A stretch of DNA of 64,000 nt from an uncultured archaeon (GCA_964619365.1 CAZUDQ010000002.1:5537-69536), one strand, 5' to 3'; counted from the stretch's first letter, positions 21,901 through 29,226 are shown. The notes: a model not told the origin generated them from the letters alone. Program-made: numbers and translations.

Positions 21901-21934
21901 ATATTCTAGTAAAATAAAATTGAAAAAAATCTGA
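12995..21934 (+). CDS. Giant cell-surface protein 1 (2979 aa): signal peptide, about 8 LamG/ConA-like lectin modules, a right-handed parallel beta-helix region, a Cys-rich C-terminal module and a TM anchor
   Basis: A single uninterrupted ORF with an N-terminal hydrophobic segment (LVLGLAILSVVLATLVFSSMSGA). Lectin-like modules recur, each ending ...NGSIDE(V/L)[16 protein letters not shown] and separated by Ig-like FNVTVDLEPGNNS spacers. The pectin-lyase-like repeats are NISITSFNIT / NNSVIGS / NNTFNVSDWGITIKDS. It is extremely rich in N-x-S/T sequons. The C-terminus is a W/C-rich module followed by IPISIMVLIIIVAGAVLYSSKIKLKKI. Confidence 0.85.
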   Translation: MLSETKRALLPKSLNLVLGLAILSVVLATLVFSSMSGASIDSEDIYEYFEYPNASSSNTSGNETDNLPILDILDTPGNISINIFSPANQTQTQDLSTLVQANLTADRLAYLFLNDSSLVAYWTAENGANDSSEYHNDGSFGGTATTVADGKFGRAFEADGAEPNYINLGMSTDFDISSAFTVSVWVKNIGNSSGHTILGEWDSIITKWDCASGCAKSSWWIGIQPSDEILFIVANSTGSRTVTVPGTTKIRYDSIWHHVVGIYDGSYLEVYLDGEREGQVAYSEGVHVNSTVPLVIAGSANPPLGSFNGSIDELMIFNRSLSESEVRSLYNATAQEFNVTVDLEPGNNSIYLSAKDTLANFAKNYIVVERTETNPPNIIIISPANYTQTQNQTTSIIANASDESQVMMFLNDSSLVGYWTAENGANDSSEYHNDGTFGDNATTSADGKFGRDFAFNGLGEYVSINVSSSLNITDPMTISLWVKFNNVSGTQTILSTFNSSIDGYYIQENSANTIAFIGSWDHRSYIYTPENFTTEDTWYLITVTINGTLGKLYINGNLTDSNTTLYMALNSTAIYFGKHISGQFPLNGSLDEVMYFNRCLGATEVLALYNATAQNFNVTVDLEPGNNSIHLSAKDTLANFAKNYLVIQRIVPPSVSFVLPTPSNGTITANTSVQINSSINASDLGDVEFNWSVGPRDGLVLDLIFDDGSLRDYSGMGNDGTNNGSEYTPQGAVMGGREFNGMTEYIDVGNDNSLDITGNITLSAWIKAEARQNTYPTIIAKRDTGGNTNYQFYLNCVNRCQLRFGFGNYSQPWYADRAGNMALNDSLWHYVTVTYNGSDYIYYVDGNVDAINQETESLSSYVTDKDAIIGYFEDGGSTRYFNGSIDEVKVFNRSLSQSEIKELYYNSRARFYDDSLVLMYNFDNLSAIGENSSYVVDASLYRNDANVTRAVWNSSGRYGGAYSFNGVCGDDYIKTPNSSIFNMSEFSVSAWIYSSLNKTTPVIVADGDVIGGASLLCGKGARAGWALLLYNKTKLSLTHCNTSSYGKNYTLLISDGEVQPNTWTYVSLTFDSENINFYVNGVLSSSFESGGIMYDNITTDITVGAQDYNEANNFNGTIDEVRVWNRSLSASEIWLMYESNLKKFNVSGWSLYTNKTNLSSGNYDYITGIADTFGNTSDTGERLLIIDASAPVITFITENHTQTFNTSLVVDVNVSDSLQTYAFLNDSSLVGYWTAENGANDSSRYHNDGTFEGDATTSPNGKFGRKFTFDGTDAYIETSNFYNQINDTITLSVWVNPSSCNGYDYMLYKCLDCGTTSYDVGTYSISCNSNNSVIFGGVYDSTYIHPRFVSNSTLSMNNWTHITVTYDGNNILIYLNGNLDKLSSFPGHYFQYSYGGTNFPVRIGRGKNSSVPCFFNGSIDEVMIFSRTLSASEIQALYNATAQNFNVTVDLEPGNNSVHLSAKDTLANFAKNYLVIQRIVPPSVSFVLPTPSNGTITANTSVQINSSINASDLGDVEFNWSVGPRDGLVLDLIFDDGSLRDYSGMGNDGTNNGSEYTPQGAVMGGRSFEGLAYQGISVNVSSSLESQNLTISAWVKTSNPNTSQIIATKRYAQITAPYNSYILEMNAGTYRFGLGKAAENQTRLFSITPTSTNWVFVAGTYDGVTMKIYVNGVLENQSSDFAGLIAYNGSLGFFVGNYGGGWEFNGSIDEVKVYNRSLSQSEVEELYHNSRARFYDDSLLVMYNFDENTLMNDSSLQDNNGRCGGTDIYGRNSTCPNWTTNGRYGGAYIFNGHDSNNTIKVNLFNITHEISSCMWVKPLAQPDGTDYLLKYRTFVVFITNNSEIRTAVRIGQTWYHLTANYSLSLDNWHHVCTGYNNETGVHIYVDGDLVAENDSIIGDLNSTYADPSVEWAAIGSHWSPPTDAFDGVIDEFRLWNRSLSASEIQLMYESNLREINSSVWNLYTNKTNLSIGNYSYKVGIENTSGASATTELRELEISDHDVISVHSCQNLSVEGATYLLEDDITFNPQSAYSCFNITAANISFDGQGHSIDFFVDTASIALGHVHVIYAHEVDNISITSFNITRIGHSNHAIELSFSDNSSVYGNSINMNGHACSSLGAGVDVYYSDKANVSNNIITPGGSWGCYSPRQGIYVQNSQNGSLTNNTFYTSMDRLGITLQTSINMTLANNSVIGSFAGYAVFAYVTTPAYYNHTIGTDNTVNGLPYAYFYDVSGTVPDISGYGAAYFTRSSNFTVKDMTINGSFYLKDVENYTIANNTFNVSDWGITIKDSDYGTIDGNNLTVNRLPESGTSYVFMMASSYNNISNNNFSSENNCQGNWGIDISHGTSTGNRIENNTASSCYGNLMYPQEEGNIIRGNNFTANHSILVSNQDSNNYSDNIFRLISDGTIASFSSAQESSISNCTFISGEVYFLIVSGYEVYLNIANTTFINSLNLSRKVKINDNVYNTEVNFTDSNIEGVLLGNNIENISYSSKGHLRLYFSNSSNDSVIGLNVTGYNALGSRNFSALTGANGNITELLDIFSGNETNVTYYSNYTINYTYIGTPFSNVLDLTENLTYHMRLLLETGVSARLSASPRVISETGNIIWRANVTNSGNVTSNITITPSWGSSFIVELDPGESNIREYHQAASCPTTSVTRTISAFAQSPIGNASDSDSATASISCGSSTCSKAWSCGEWGDCINGSQTRNCSCACPKDSQCTGDHETTRDCDLCGSIICEDDGNPCTSVTCIEGICVIELLDGVTCSDGDNCTLGDYCKLGLCIPGKKSDKPECIDEPRCDADWVCSSWSECSGGLKTRMCECSCESGNCHGDGEMVNTCEVNASEGDLEIIVIGGEFVGDGVNVTVLDENGNPVDGATIQFITPDGHILSYKAGFKAYERGKWAVMADKNGYAGNYKLFEVNDLAVASNNDKAGFLGVVSETAQEFFNWVKKTYIPISIMVLIIIVAGAVLYSSKIKLKKI
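14811..15203 (+). repeat. About 390 bp in-frame direct repeat, copy 1 (near-identical to 17301..17693)
   Basis: The two copies are more than 97% identical by eye. They lie exactly 2490 bp (830 codons) apart and encode the same FNVTVDLEPGNNS...TPQGAVMGG segment twice. Confidence 0.85.
17301..17693 (+). repeat. About 390 bp in-frame direct repeat, copy 2
   Basis: See copy 1. Flanking DNA is homologous at the protein level but diverged at the DNA level. Confidence 0.85.
19025..20555 (+). other. Right-handed parallel beta-helix (pectate-lyase-like) region within giant protein 1
   Basis: Repeated 22-25 aa units carry N-x-S/T and (I/V)xG patterns: NISITSFNITRIGHSNHAIELS, NNIITPGG, NNSVIGSFAGYAV, NNTFNVSDWGITI, GNNLTVN. 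Confidence 0.55.
20938..21934 (+). other. Shared Cys/Trp-rich C-terminal anchor module, giant 1 copy (homologous to 50210..51373)
   Basis: SCPTTSVTR...[34 protein letters not shown]...[11 protein letters not shown]...[28 protein letters not shown]...[16 protein letters not shown]...KWAVMADKNGYAGNY followed by a TM helix. DNA stretches of up to 37 nt are exactly identical with the giant-2 copy. Confidence 0.8.
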
Positions 21935-21971
21935 TGCTCCGGTATTAGTATCCAATGATTAATACTCAAAC

Positions 21972-23348
21972 TTACTTAAGCTTCCTTAGGATACCGCGTC
22001 CTGCAAGGACTCCTGTTGCCGCAGCATTTGTTATGTCCCTGGAAAGGCCGCATCCGTCGCCTGCTGCAAAGAGGCCTGGAAGTGAAGTCTCAAGGTTCTT
22101 GTCAACTTTGGTCATTGTGGTATAGAACTTTATTTCGGGAGCGTAAAGGAGCGTTGAATCTGAAACTACACCCGGGATGACCTCATTTAGTTTCTCAAGG
22201 CCTTCTATTATGTCCATTACAGTTCTATGGGGGAGAGCCATTGAGATATCACCTGGAGTCGCGTCAAGAAGTGTTGGCTGAACGCGGTTCTTTTTTATCC
22301 TTGCAGCTGTTGAGCGCTTGCCACAGTAAAGGTCGCGCAGACGCTGCACAATAGGCTTTCCACCACCGATTGTCGTTGCCAGTTTCCCTATCGACTTTCC
22401 GTACTTTGTCGTGTTCTCGAGGGGTTCAGTTAGTTCAATTCTCTGGAGGAATGCAAAATTTGTATTTTTTGATTTCTTGTTTGTGAGTGAATGTCCGTTT
22501 ACGCCTATGTGCCCATCATATGTTTCTTTTACAACAAAGCCTTCGTGGTTTGTGCAAAACGTCCTTAGGAAATCATCGTATTTATTTGTCCTGATATGGA
22601 ACTTAGGGTCGCGGTTTATGGCGATAATCGGATCCATCACAATCGATGGAACTTCAACGCGCACGCCGACATCAAGAGGACCATAGCTGTATTCGACGCC
22701 ATGCTCTGTAAATACCTCATCTATCCAGCCCCCGCCAATTCGCCCCGGAGCTATAAGGATGCACTTTGCTTCAATTTCTGAACCATCTGTGAGTAACACT
22801 CCCGTGCATTTATTGTTCTTTACAATGATATCTTTAACCTCAGTTTCCATGAGGAAATCAACACCCAAATCACTTATCTCGTTTTCAAAGCTACCGATAA
22901 CCTGCGGTGCATTATTGCTTCCGATGTGACGCTGGTCTATTTCTATGAAATCAACACCAACAGAAGCTGCTTTTCGTTTAAGGTCCTCAGCCCCTTTACT
23001 TGTTGCTTTGTAAAGATGTTTTGGAGCGCCGTGCTTAAGGAAAATCCCGTCTACATAAGCAATTAGCTCCCATGAGAGTTTTGGGTCAAAAGTAAGAAGA
23101 TCAAGGTCGCCCCCGATATCCGGGCGCAAGTTAAGTGTGCCGTCAGACCAGGTACCAGCCCCACCCATGCCACTCATTATATCCTTTCCAGTCTCAGAGC
23201 CTGAGCCGCTTGCCTTTCTGCCTGCAATATCTTGTCCCTTATCGATAAGTAGAACTGATATGCCCTTTTTTTCTTTTGCTATTTCATAGGCGGCAAACAT
23301 GCCGGCCTGCCCTGCGCCAATTATGACGACATCATACGCCTTAGGCAT
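21972..23348 (-). CDS. FAD-dependent dehydrogenase (COG2509-like, NAD(FAD)-utilising)
   Basis: 458 aa. The N-terminal Rossmann motif is YDVVIIGAGQAGMFAAYEI and a C-terminal GDGCGLSRDITNAAATG motif is present. Confidence 0.7.
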   Translation of the reverse strand: MPKAYDVVIIGAGQAGMFAAYEIAKEKKGISVLLIDKGQDIAGRKASGSGSETGKDIMSGMGGAGTWSDGTLNLRPDIGGDLDLLTFDPKLSWELIAYVDGIFLKHGAPKHLYKATSKGAEDLKRKAASVGVDFIEIDQRHIGSNNAPQVIGSFENEISDLGVDFLMETEVKDIIVKNNKCTGVLLTDGSEIEAKCILIAPGRIGGGWIDEVFTEHGVEYSYGPLDVGVRVEVPSIVMDPIIAINRDPKFHIRTNKYDDFLRTFCTNHEGFVVKETYDGHIGVNGHSLTNKKSKNTNFAFLQRIELTEPLENTTKYGKSIGKLATTIGGGKPIVQRLRDLYCGKRSTAARIKKNRVQPTLLDATPGDISMALPHRTVMDIIEGLEKLNEVIPGVVSDSTLLYAPEIKFYTTMTKVDKNLETSLPGLFAAGDGCGLSRDITNAAATGVLAGRGILRKLK

Positions 23349-23473
23349 TGTGATTTTTGATTAGAATTTAAGGACCCTTCGGGCTCCCTAGCTTTAGCTA
23401 TTTGTCTTTTAAAAGCAAAGCTTTTCTTTTTTATTGTTTTTGTAGTTAATAGAACACAGATAAATAATTCAAA

Positions 23474-24064
23474 TTGCATAGTAACATGCCCAAAAAACCC
23501 ATTAAAAAACACAATAATTCCCCAGCTGGCAGAGTGCATACAGTAAAACTAAGGTCCTCCCAGGAGCTTGTAAAAGAAAGACATGGAGCCCTTGGAGAAC
23601 GTGCTCTTAAATGTGTACCCCATTCTCTTAAAGAAGATGCCGCCCGGGCGATAATCATTCATGGGGGGGATGCATTAAGTCCCATAACAGAGTTCCGCAC
23701 CCCTTTTGTAAACGTTATAACTACTCACGGCAAAGATGCCATTGAAATCGCCAAAGAGCATGGGAAACATGGCATTGGCGCGGCCAATCTTGGTGGGCGG
23801 GATGCAATAATTGCCATGCGGCGTGATGGTAATCAAGCGGCGCGTGTTATCATTGAACGAGCAAAAACCAAGGAACAAGGGAAAATAATCTCAAAACAGA
23901 TAAAGACTTATGGCACTGATGCATTAGTCGCAATTGATATCTATGGCATTCCTGCGGCAAGAGCAATAGATAAAGGCGGGGTAAGTGCGATTAAAGCAAT
24001 ACAATCAAAGGGCGATGCGGGGATAAAAGAATTCGTCCCAACCTTTAGGATGCCTAAGGACTAA
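23474..24064 (+). CDS. Hypothetical repeat protein (periodic G-x-DA-I/L motif)
   Basis: 196 aa. Units HGGDALSPI, HGKDAIEIA, GGRDAIIAM, YGTDALVAI and KGGVSAIKAI recur every 18-22 aa, suggesting a helical repeat scaffold. The true start may be the internal MPKKPIK. Confidence 0.4.
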   Translation: MHSNMPKKPIKKHNNSPAGRVHTVKLRSSQELVKERHGALGERALKCVPHSLKEDAARAIIIHGGDALSPITEFRTPFVNVITTHGKDAIEIAKEHGKHGIGAANLGGRDAIIAMRRDGNQAARVIIERAKTKEQGKIISKQIKTYGTDALVAIDIYGIPAARAIDKGGVSAIKAIQSKGDAGIKEFVPTFRMPKD

Positions 24065-25107
24065 GTTAATACCTCACCAGTTCTTTTTTCCTTAAAGGCG
24101 CGCTTGACTTCCTGAGCAATTCTTCCTCCTGTTGTCAGATTCGGTTCTATAAGCTCTGAATAAGGCGAACTAGGTATTGATACATTAGTTCCGGCAACGA
24201 TTCTTGCGCTGATTTCAAAAGCATAGATGTTAAGGTCCTTATCAATTATGCACTCCAGACAAAAAGGTCCCCACAGGCCGCCGAATAGCTCAAAGCTCTT
24301 ATCAACCGCTCGCGCCCCCATATCAAGGACTTTTGGGAGAAGCGACTCCCTAAGGACAAGTTCAACATTGCCGGTTACTGTAAATCCCGGTGTTATGCCT
24401 GCTTCTGCTAGCTCTTTTGGGCTTCCAAGTTTGGAAATCTCATCAATATCAGACTCAACGCGCCTGTCCATCCCAAGAAGCTGCAGACAGCCCTTTCTTG
24501 AGGGTAGCGCGTAACCTTCTTCCTTAGACATCAGAGGCGAGAAGAAGAAATGGAAGTAGAACCGCGTTCCGGGGATAAACTCCTGAATCGTGAATTTCTC
24601 AGTTCTATCGACGTTTTTGTCAAAATCAGCCTTGCTCTTTGCAATAAAAAATCCACGCCCGCCCTTTGCTCCATGGTATTTTACAATAACAGGGCCAGTT
24701 ATCTCTTTTGGCTCCTTTATTTCCTTGGGCATAAGGATTCTTGCACCTTCAAGCCAGCTTCGCTCAATTTCCCGGTCTGATTCCCAATCAAGAACCTTTT
24801 TGTTCCCGTAAACTGGCACCTTTAGCTTCTGGAAGTTCTTTGCCCCCATATACTCGACAAAAGAGCCATGGGGGATTATCACCGCGTTTTTTTGGATAAG
24901 TTCCTCTTCAATTTCTGGTTTAAGGAGATCAAGGTAACTGTCAAGAACTATGAATTCATCAGGTTTTGCAAGCGGGAATGCGTCATAGAATTTTGGCACT
25001 TCCTTTAGGCAGATGCCAAGCGTCCTTAGACCTTCCTTTTTTGCACCATAAAATATTTGGAGCGATGAGTGGGAGCAAACGGTTGCAATTGTTGGTGATT
25101 TTGTCAT
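24061..25107 (-). CDS. purP: PurP paralog (5-formaminoimidazole-4-carboxamide ribonucleotide synthetase family, ATP-grasp)
   Basis: IATVCSHSSLQIFYGAKKEGLRT, VIIPHGSFVEY, VPVYGNK and VIVKYHGAKGGRGFF match the archaeal PurP family (MJ0136-like). Confidence 0.8.
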   Translation of the reverse strand: MTKSPTIATVCSHSSLQIFYGAKKEGLRTLGICLKEVPKFYDAFPLAKPDEFIVLDSYLDLLKPEIEEELIQKNAVIIPHGSFVEYMGAKNFQKLKVPVYGNKKVLDWESDREIERSWLEGARILMPKEIKEPKEITGPVIVKYHGAKGGRGFFIAKSKADFDKNVDRTEKFTIQEFIPGTRFYFHFFFSPLMSKEEGYALPSRKGCLQLLGMDRRVESDIDEISKLGSPKELAEAGITPGFTVTGNVELVLRESLLPKVLDMGARAVDKSFELFGGLWGPFCLECIIDKDLNIYAFEISARIVAGTNVSIPSSPYSELIEPNLTTGGRIAQEVKRAFKEKRTGEVLT

Positions 25108-25143
25108 TTTAAGCTTGACGTGTGTAACACTCGCACATCCGAG

Positions 25144-26265
25144 TCATGTGACTATCTCGTTCATGCGACCTTCTTTTAAAGCGCGTTTGATTTCCATCGA
25201 GATTCTTCTCCCGACACTTATCTCCTGGCCGTGCAAGTACCCTGAATATGGTGTGAATTTTGTGCCTGGCGAGCCCTGCACTCTCATGCTGACATCAAAA
25301 GTTATCGCTTTCTCCTTTGGCGGCCCTGGGATAAACGTCGCCTGCAAGGCAAAAGGACCTATGATTCCTGGATCATAGTGTTTCCTGCTCGCCTCGACAA
25401 AACGCTCGCCAAGCTCAAATACCTGCTCTAAAAGCGATTCTTTCATCGTGCACGCAACGTGTCCTGCCTCAATGTTTTGGCACTCGACGTTCTTTAAGGC
25501 TTCAATCTGCCGTGGCGCAGGGAGCCTAAGGAAGCCGTCGAGATTCGTCTGGCGGCGCATGTCAGTCCCTAACAGCTCTAGTTCGTCATTTAAGGGTGAA
25601 TAGAAATAATTGAAGTTAACCTGTGCGCCAAGCACAAATTCTTCGATTACAGCCTTTTCTAGACCTTCAGCATTAATCCTTCCTGTGTTTATCAATTCCT
25701 CTGATTTCTCGAGGTATTCTTCGTAGCTTGAGGCAAGGAAGAACGCGCGTTCATAGCTGCGCTCGGCCTCAGCGACCTTTACAAGTACGAGTTTATCAAT
25801 CTTTTCAGGCGAGGGATAAGTCTCAGGGAAGGGGATTCCGGCTTCTTTCATGAGCCAGTACTGGTTTTTTGGCACATCTCGCTCTTCTGCGCGCAACATG
25901 TTCCTTGAGCCAAATAACGGGACGTCAAACTTGTTTTCTATGTCTTCATACCCGACATATACTTCAAAGGAGCGATGTGGTAGGAAAATCGTATTCTTTG
26001 AGTTTAGTTTGTCCAACGTAGCCTTATTCGTGATTTCATTGAATTTATCAAGGATTATCGTCTCATCTACAATACCAAGCTCTCCACGGGTTTTATAATA
26101 CTTATCATAAGTCTTTTCTCTGCCCTTTTGGCAGACGACAAGGGTGTTTAACCCTTCATCTTTTGCCCCGCGGCAGATGTCTAAGGCCGAGTGGCTGCCA
26201 AGACTGCCGATTGTTGCTGTCTTGTAATTCTTTGCACTTGCCCTGATATCTTTTGTTGAGATCAT
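25144..26265 (-). CDS. purP: PurP paralog 2 (FAICAR synthetase family)
   Basis: TIGSLGSHSALDICRGAKDEGL, NFNYFYSPLNDELELLGTDMR and GPFALQATF...MEIKRALKEG align closely to M. jannaschii PurP. It overlaps the downstream gene by 4 bp. Confidence 0.85.
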   Translation of the reverse strand: MISTKDIRASAKNYKTATIGSLGSHSALDICRGAKDEGLNTLVVCQKGREKTYDKYYKTRGELGIVDETIILDKFNEITNKATLDKLNSKNTIFLPHRSFEVYVGYEDIENKFDVPLFGSRNMLRAEERDVPKNQYWLMKEAGIPFPETYPSPEKIDKLVLVKVAEAERSYERAFFLASSYEEYLEKSEELINTGRINAEGLEKAVIEEFVLGAQVNFNYFYSPLNDELELLGTDMRRQTNLDGFLRLPAPRQIEALKNVECQNIEAGHVACTMKESLLEQVFELGERFVEASRKHYDPGIIGPFALQATFIPGPPKEKAITFDVSMRVQGSPGTKFTPYSGYLHGQEISVGRRISMEIKRALKEGRMNEIVT

Positions 26266-26699
26266 TTTACAGTTATGAAAAGCTCTTTATCGGCCATTCC
26301 GTCCCCGTTTACGTCAAAGCCTATTGAGAATTTACCTTCTTCACCCTGCGACGCTATGGCAAACTCCTTGTCAACCGTCTCTTTTGATCCAACGCCCTCA
26401 ATTGAATATTCTGTTTCCGATTCTGCCTTAAGGTTTGGCGAGACTATCATAGTTATTTTTACAGGACGCGTGACTGTGCCCTCATTTGTTAAGGCCACCG
26501 CAATCTTATCCTCCTGATAAGTGTTTATCGCGTCTGAACTAAGCTTAAAACAAACTTTAAGGTCACCTGATTGCATACACTCACCCTCAATTGCCTGTGT
26601 TATTATCCCAGCAACAACAATTGCCACAACAACAATCACAATAATGAGCGAAAGCGTGCCGATATTTTTCCACTTTACTCGTTTTATCGCATGGGTCAT
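26262..26699 (-). CDS. Small membrane-anchored protein (N-terminal TM plus beta-rich ectodomain), hypothetical
   Basis: 145 aa. It has a hydrophobic N-terminal helix (LSLIIVIVVVAIVVAGII). It is translationally coupled, with 4 bp overlaps on both sides, within the purP operon. Confidence 0.5.
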   Translation of the reverse strand: MTHAIKRVKWKNIGTLSLIIVIVVVAIVVAGIITQAIEGECMQSGDLKVCFKLSSDAINTYQEDKIAVALTNEGTVTRPVKITMIVSPNLKAESETEYSIEGVGSKETVDKEFAIASQGEEGKFSIGFDVNGDGMADKELFITVK

Positions 26700-27592
26700 T
26701 CTTCATTAGTTGTCACATAACTTACAATAAGTTTGCCTTCTGCAGTCGAATTAAGATAGCGCGAATCAGAAATTTTGGCAGTAAGGGTATAAGTCCCTTC
26801 AACTGTGTCTGGGGACGTTTGTACGCCTAAGAACGGCTCGCGTATCTCCCCAGGCAACATATCCCCGATATCTATGACTACAGTTTCACTTTCAAAGGTG
26901 GGGTCAGTGCCTTGCGGGTCTGTGAAAAATATTCCAGAGCCTTCAGGAGCGTTTGCGACAAGTACAATATCCTCTATCATCTCGTTATGTGTATTTACGA
27001 CTTCTACCCTTAGGCCTGCGCTACCCCCAGGGGGCGTTCCAAATTCTGGAACAACAGACGCGCTCATCTGTAGGTCAATATGCACAAGTTCCCAGGTTTC
27101 TTCATTAGTCTCTACTCCGTTGGCGATTATTACTCCGATTACAGCAATGACCGCAATGACGATAAGTATAAGGAAGATACCATTAGATCCTATGGATTCA
27201 AGCACCTTTTTTTCTGCACTCTTTATTTCGATTTCCTCGATTTCAACAGGGTCGCTGCTAAGCGATTTGTCGTTTGCCCGCGTTTTATCATATGCTTCTT
27301 GCTTTTGGAGGGTACGTATAAGGGGCTTTTCCTTTATCTGGAGGATTTTAGCATCCATCAGCCTAATTTTTTCCTCGTACTCAAAGATTTTGTCCTGGGC
27401 TTCCTTTTCCCCTATCTTCTTTTTGTAAAACGAAATCTTGATATGCTCAATTGTCTTCATGAGACGCAGGCGTTCTGCTTCAAGCTCACTAAGTTTTTGT
27501 TCAAGGCGATGCCGGTGTCTGCCTGAAGTCAGCATCAAAAAAGCCACAAAAAGGGCCGAACACACAAGGACGATTGTAAGGATGATATCCAT
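26696..27592 (-). CDS. Membrane protein with coiled-coil and C-terminal extracellular beta-domain, hypothetical
   Basis: 298 aa. It has an N-terminal TM, a heptad-like charged segment (LEQKLSELEAERLRLMKTIE), a second TM (IFLILIVIAVIAVIGVII) and a C-terminal domain ending EGTYTLTAKISDS (CARDB/NEW3-like flavour). Confidence 0.5.
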   Translation of the reverse strand: MDIILTIVLVCSALFVAFLMLTSGRHRHRLEQKLSELEAERLRLMKTIEHIKISFYKKKIGEKEAQDKIFEYEEKIRLMDAKILQIKEKPLIRTLQKQEAYDKTRANDKSLSSDPVEIEEIEIKSAEKKVLESIGSNGIFLILIVIAVIAVIGVIIANGVETNEETWELVHIDLQMSASVVPEFGTPPGGSAGLRVEVVNTHNEMIEDIVLVANAPEGSGIFFTDPQGTDPTFESETVVIDIGDMLPGEIREPFLGVQTSPDTVEGTYTLTAKISDSRYLNSTAEGKLIVSYVTTNEE

Positions 27593-27650
27593 TATATAAT
27601 TTTAAGGGCGCAGATGATAAAAAAGAATCTCTAAAGGATTAAAAGAATCG

Positions 27651-27890
27651 CTATATAAGGACTTCCTGGAAAAGAAGGGCTATTGCTATAAGCATGATAC
27701 CCCCAGAAAGTCCGATTACATTCCTTTCAACCATACCCCATAGCGATAGTACGGCTCCAATCATAAGGAAAACAGGTGGAAGGACTTCCATCTGATCACC
27801 GACAAAAAACATAAATGCAAGTATCAGTATGAAAAAAGCTATAAGCACCTCGTAAACATAACCTTCACCTCTTTTGTTCATTCTTAACAA
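27651..27890 (-). CDS. Small 2-TM membrane protein, hypothetical
   Basis: 79 aa with two hydrophobic helices. The short length keeps confidence modest. Confidence 0.35.
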   Translation of the reverse strand: MLRMNKRGEGYVYEVLIAFFILILAFMFFVGDQMEVLPPVFLMIGAVLSLWGMVERNVIGLSGGIMLIAIALLFQEVLI

Positions 27891-27916
27891 AGTTAATTAG
27901 TTAAGACTAAAAAACC

Positions 27917-29059
27917 TTACTTTAGAATGCCCTTCACTTTTGACATGCGGTTAAAGGCGGTTTTTAGGTCGTCAACACTGGCATTCCCATAGCTTATCCT
28001 TATGCATTCGCGCCCTTTTGGACCAAAGGGAGAACCAGGAACCGTTCCCACGCCGTTTTCAAGGAAAGATTCTGCGAGTGCAACGTCGTCCTTGCCCTCA
28101 AAATACGGGAAAACATAAAATGCGCCTTTGGGAGTTTTGCAGTCACAGTCAAATTCTGCCAGACGCTCCATTGAGTAATCTCTGCGCTTTTTGAACTCAG
28201 CAACCATCTCTTCCTGCGCCTTTTTTGCCTCTTCAGTAAATGCCGCAAGCGCGCCATACTGGGCGAATGTCACCGGGTTTGAAACAGACTGCTGCTGTAA
28301 GACATTGATTTTTTCTATTATGTCAAACTCAGGACAGGCGACATAACCAAGGCGCCACCCGGTCATGGAAAAAGGCTTTGAGAATGCATTTACAGTTAGT
28401 GTCTTTTCGTATTCTGAGCCAGGACTCCAGTGTTCTGCATCATATCTTATCGCATCATAACATTCATCAGATATAATCCACATATCATTTGCCCGGGCGA
28501 TTTTGACTATGTCCTTTAGAATTTTTTTAGGATATACGGCCCCTGTCGGATTGTTCGGACTGTTTAAAACTAAGATTTTTGCGTGGGAGGAATCAAGGGC
28601 GGAGAGGAACTCATCATCAGGAATAAAGCCGTTTTCATGCGAAAGCGGCAGCCAGGAGACTTCGCCTTCTGCAAGCTTGACCATGCTCTCATAACTTACC
28701 CATGACGGATCTGGAAGCGCGACTTTGTCCCCTTTATCAATCATAACCTGGAAAATCTCATAAAGGATGTGTTTTGCGCCCATCCCGATAACAATCTTTT
28801 CAGCATCAATCTCCTTTATCTGGTTTTCGGCAGTGAGCTTATCTGCAATCTTCTCTCTTAGTTCAGGCAGCCCTTTTGAGGCATCATAATGATGCTTTCC
28901 TTCCTTTAATGCCTTTATTGCCGCATCAACTATGCACTTGGGGGTGTCAAAACCAGGGCGTCCCAGCGTTAAGTTTATAGTACCTTCCTTTTTTGCGAGC
29001 GTAGAATACCTAAATGTCGCAGAAGGTGGAACGTCAAGGATTCGTTTTGCAAATTTCAT
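27917..29059 (-). CDS. aspC: Aspartate/aromatic aminotransferase (class I PLP-dependent)
   Basis: 380 aa. The PLP-lysine motif is SKPFSMTGWRLGY. NSPNNPTGAVY and the C-terminal RISY are typical of AspAT-like aminotransferases. Confidence 0.85.
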   Translation of the reverse strand: MKFAKRILDVPPSATFRYSTLAKKEGTINLTLGRPGFDTPKCIVDAAIKALKEGKHHYDASKGLPELREKIADKLTAENQIKEIDAEKIVIGMGAKHILYEIFQVMIDKGDKVALPDPSWVSYESMVKLAEGEVSWLPLSHENGFIPDDEFLSALDSSHAKILVLNSPNNPTGAVYPKKILKDIVKIARANDMWIISDECYDAIRYDAEHWSPGSEYEKTLTVNAFSKPFSMTGWRLGYVACPEFDIIEKINVLQQQSVSNPVTFAQYGALAAFTEEAKKAQEEMVAEFKKRRDYSMERLAEFDCDCKTPKGAFYVFPYFEGKDDVALAESFLENGVGTVPGSPFGPKGRECIRISYGNASVDDLKTAFNRMSKVKGILK

Positions 29060-29226
29060 CTCGTTGTTACCTCAAACTCTACAAGGGGAATTCTTGGCAA
29101 GGGTCAATAAAAATGAGCCTCTTTCTTAGGTATTTTAACAGATATTCTTGCGCATTAATACATGTTCTAAAACACATGCTTCTAAACAAATATGTTTAAA
29201 AATAAAGAAAACAGTAAGGAGGACGC

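Noticed and set aside
23349-23473. Short imperfect hairpin ggaccc-ttcg-ggctcc in the divergent promoter region
   Set aside because: The stem has a mismatch and no flanking T-tract. Most likely it is incidental within a bidirectional promoter spacer.
26805-27526. ORFs 26805..27428 (+) and 27080..27526 (+)
   Set aside because: They are opposite-strand overlaps of the 298 aa membrane protein gene and not independently supported.
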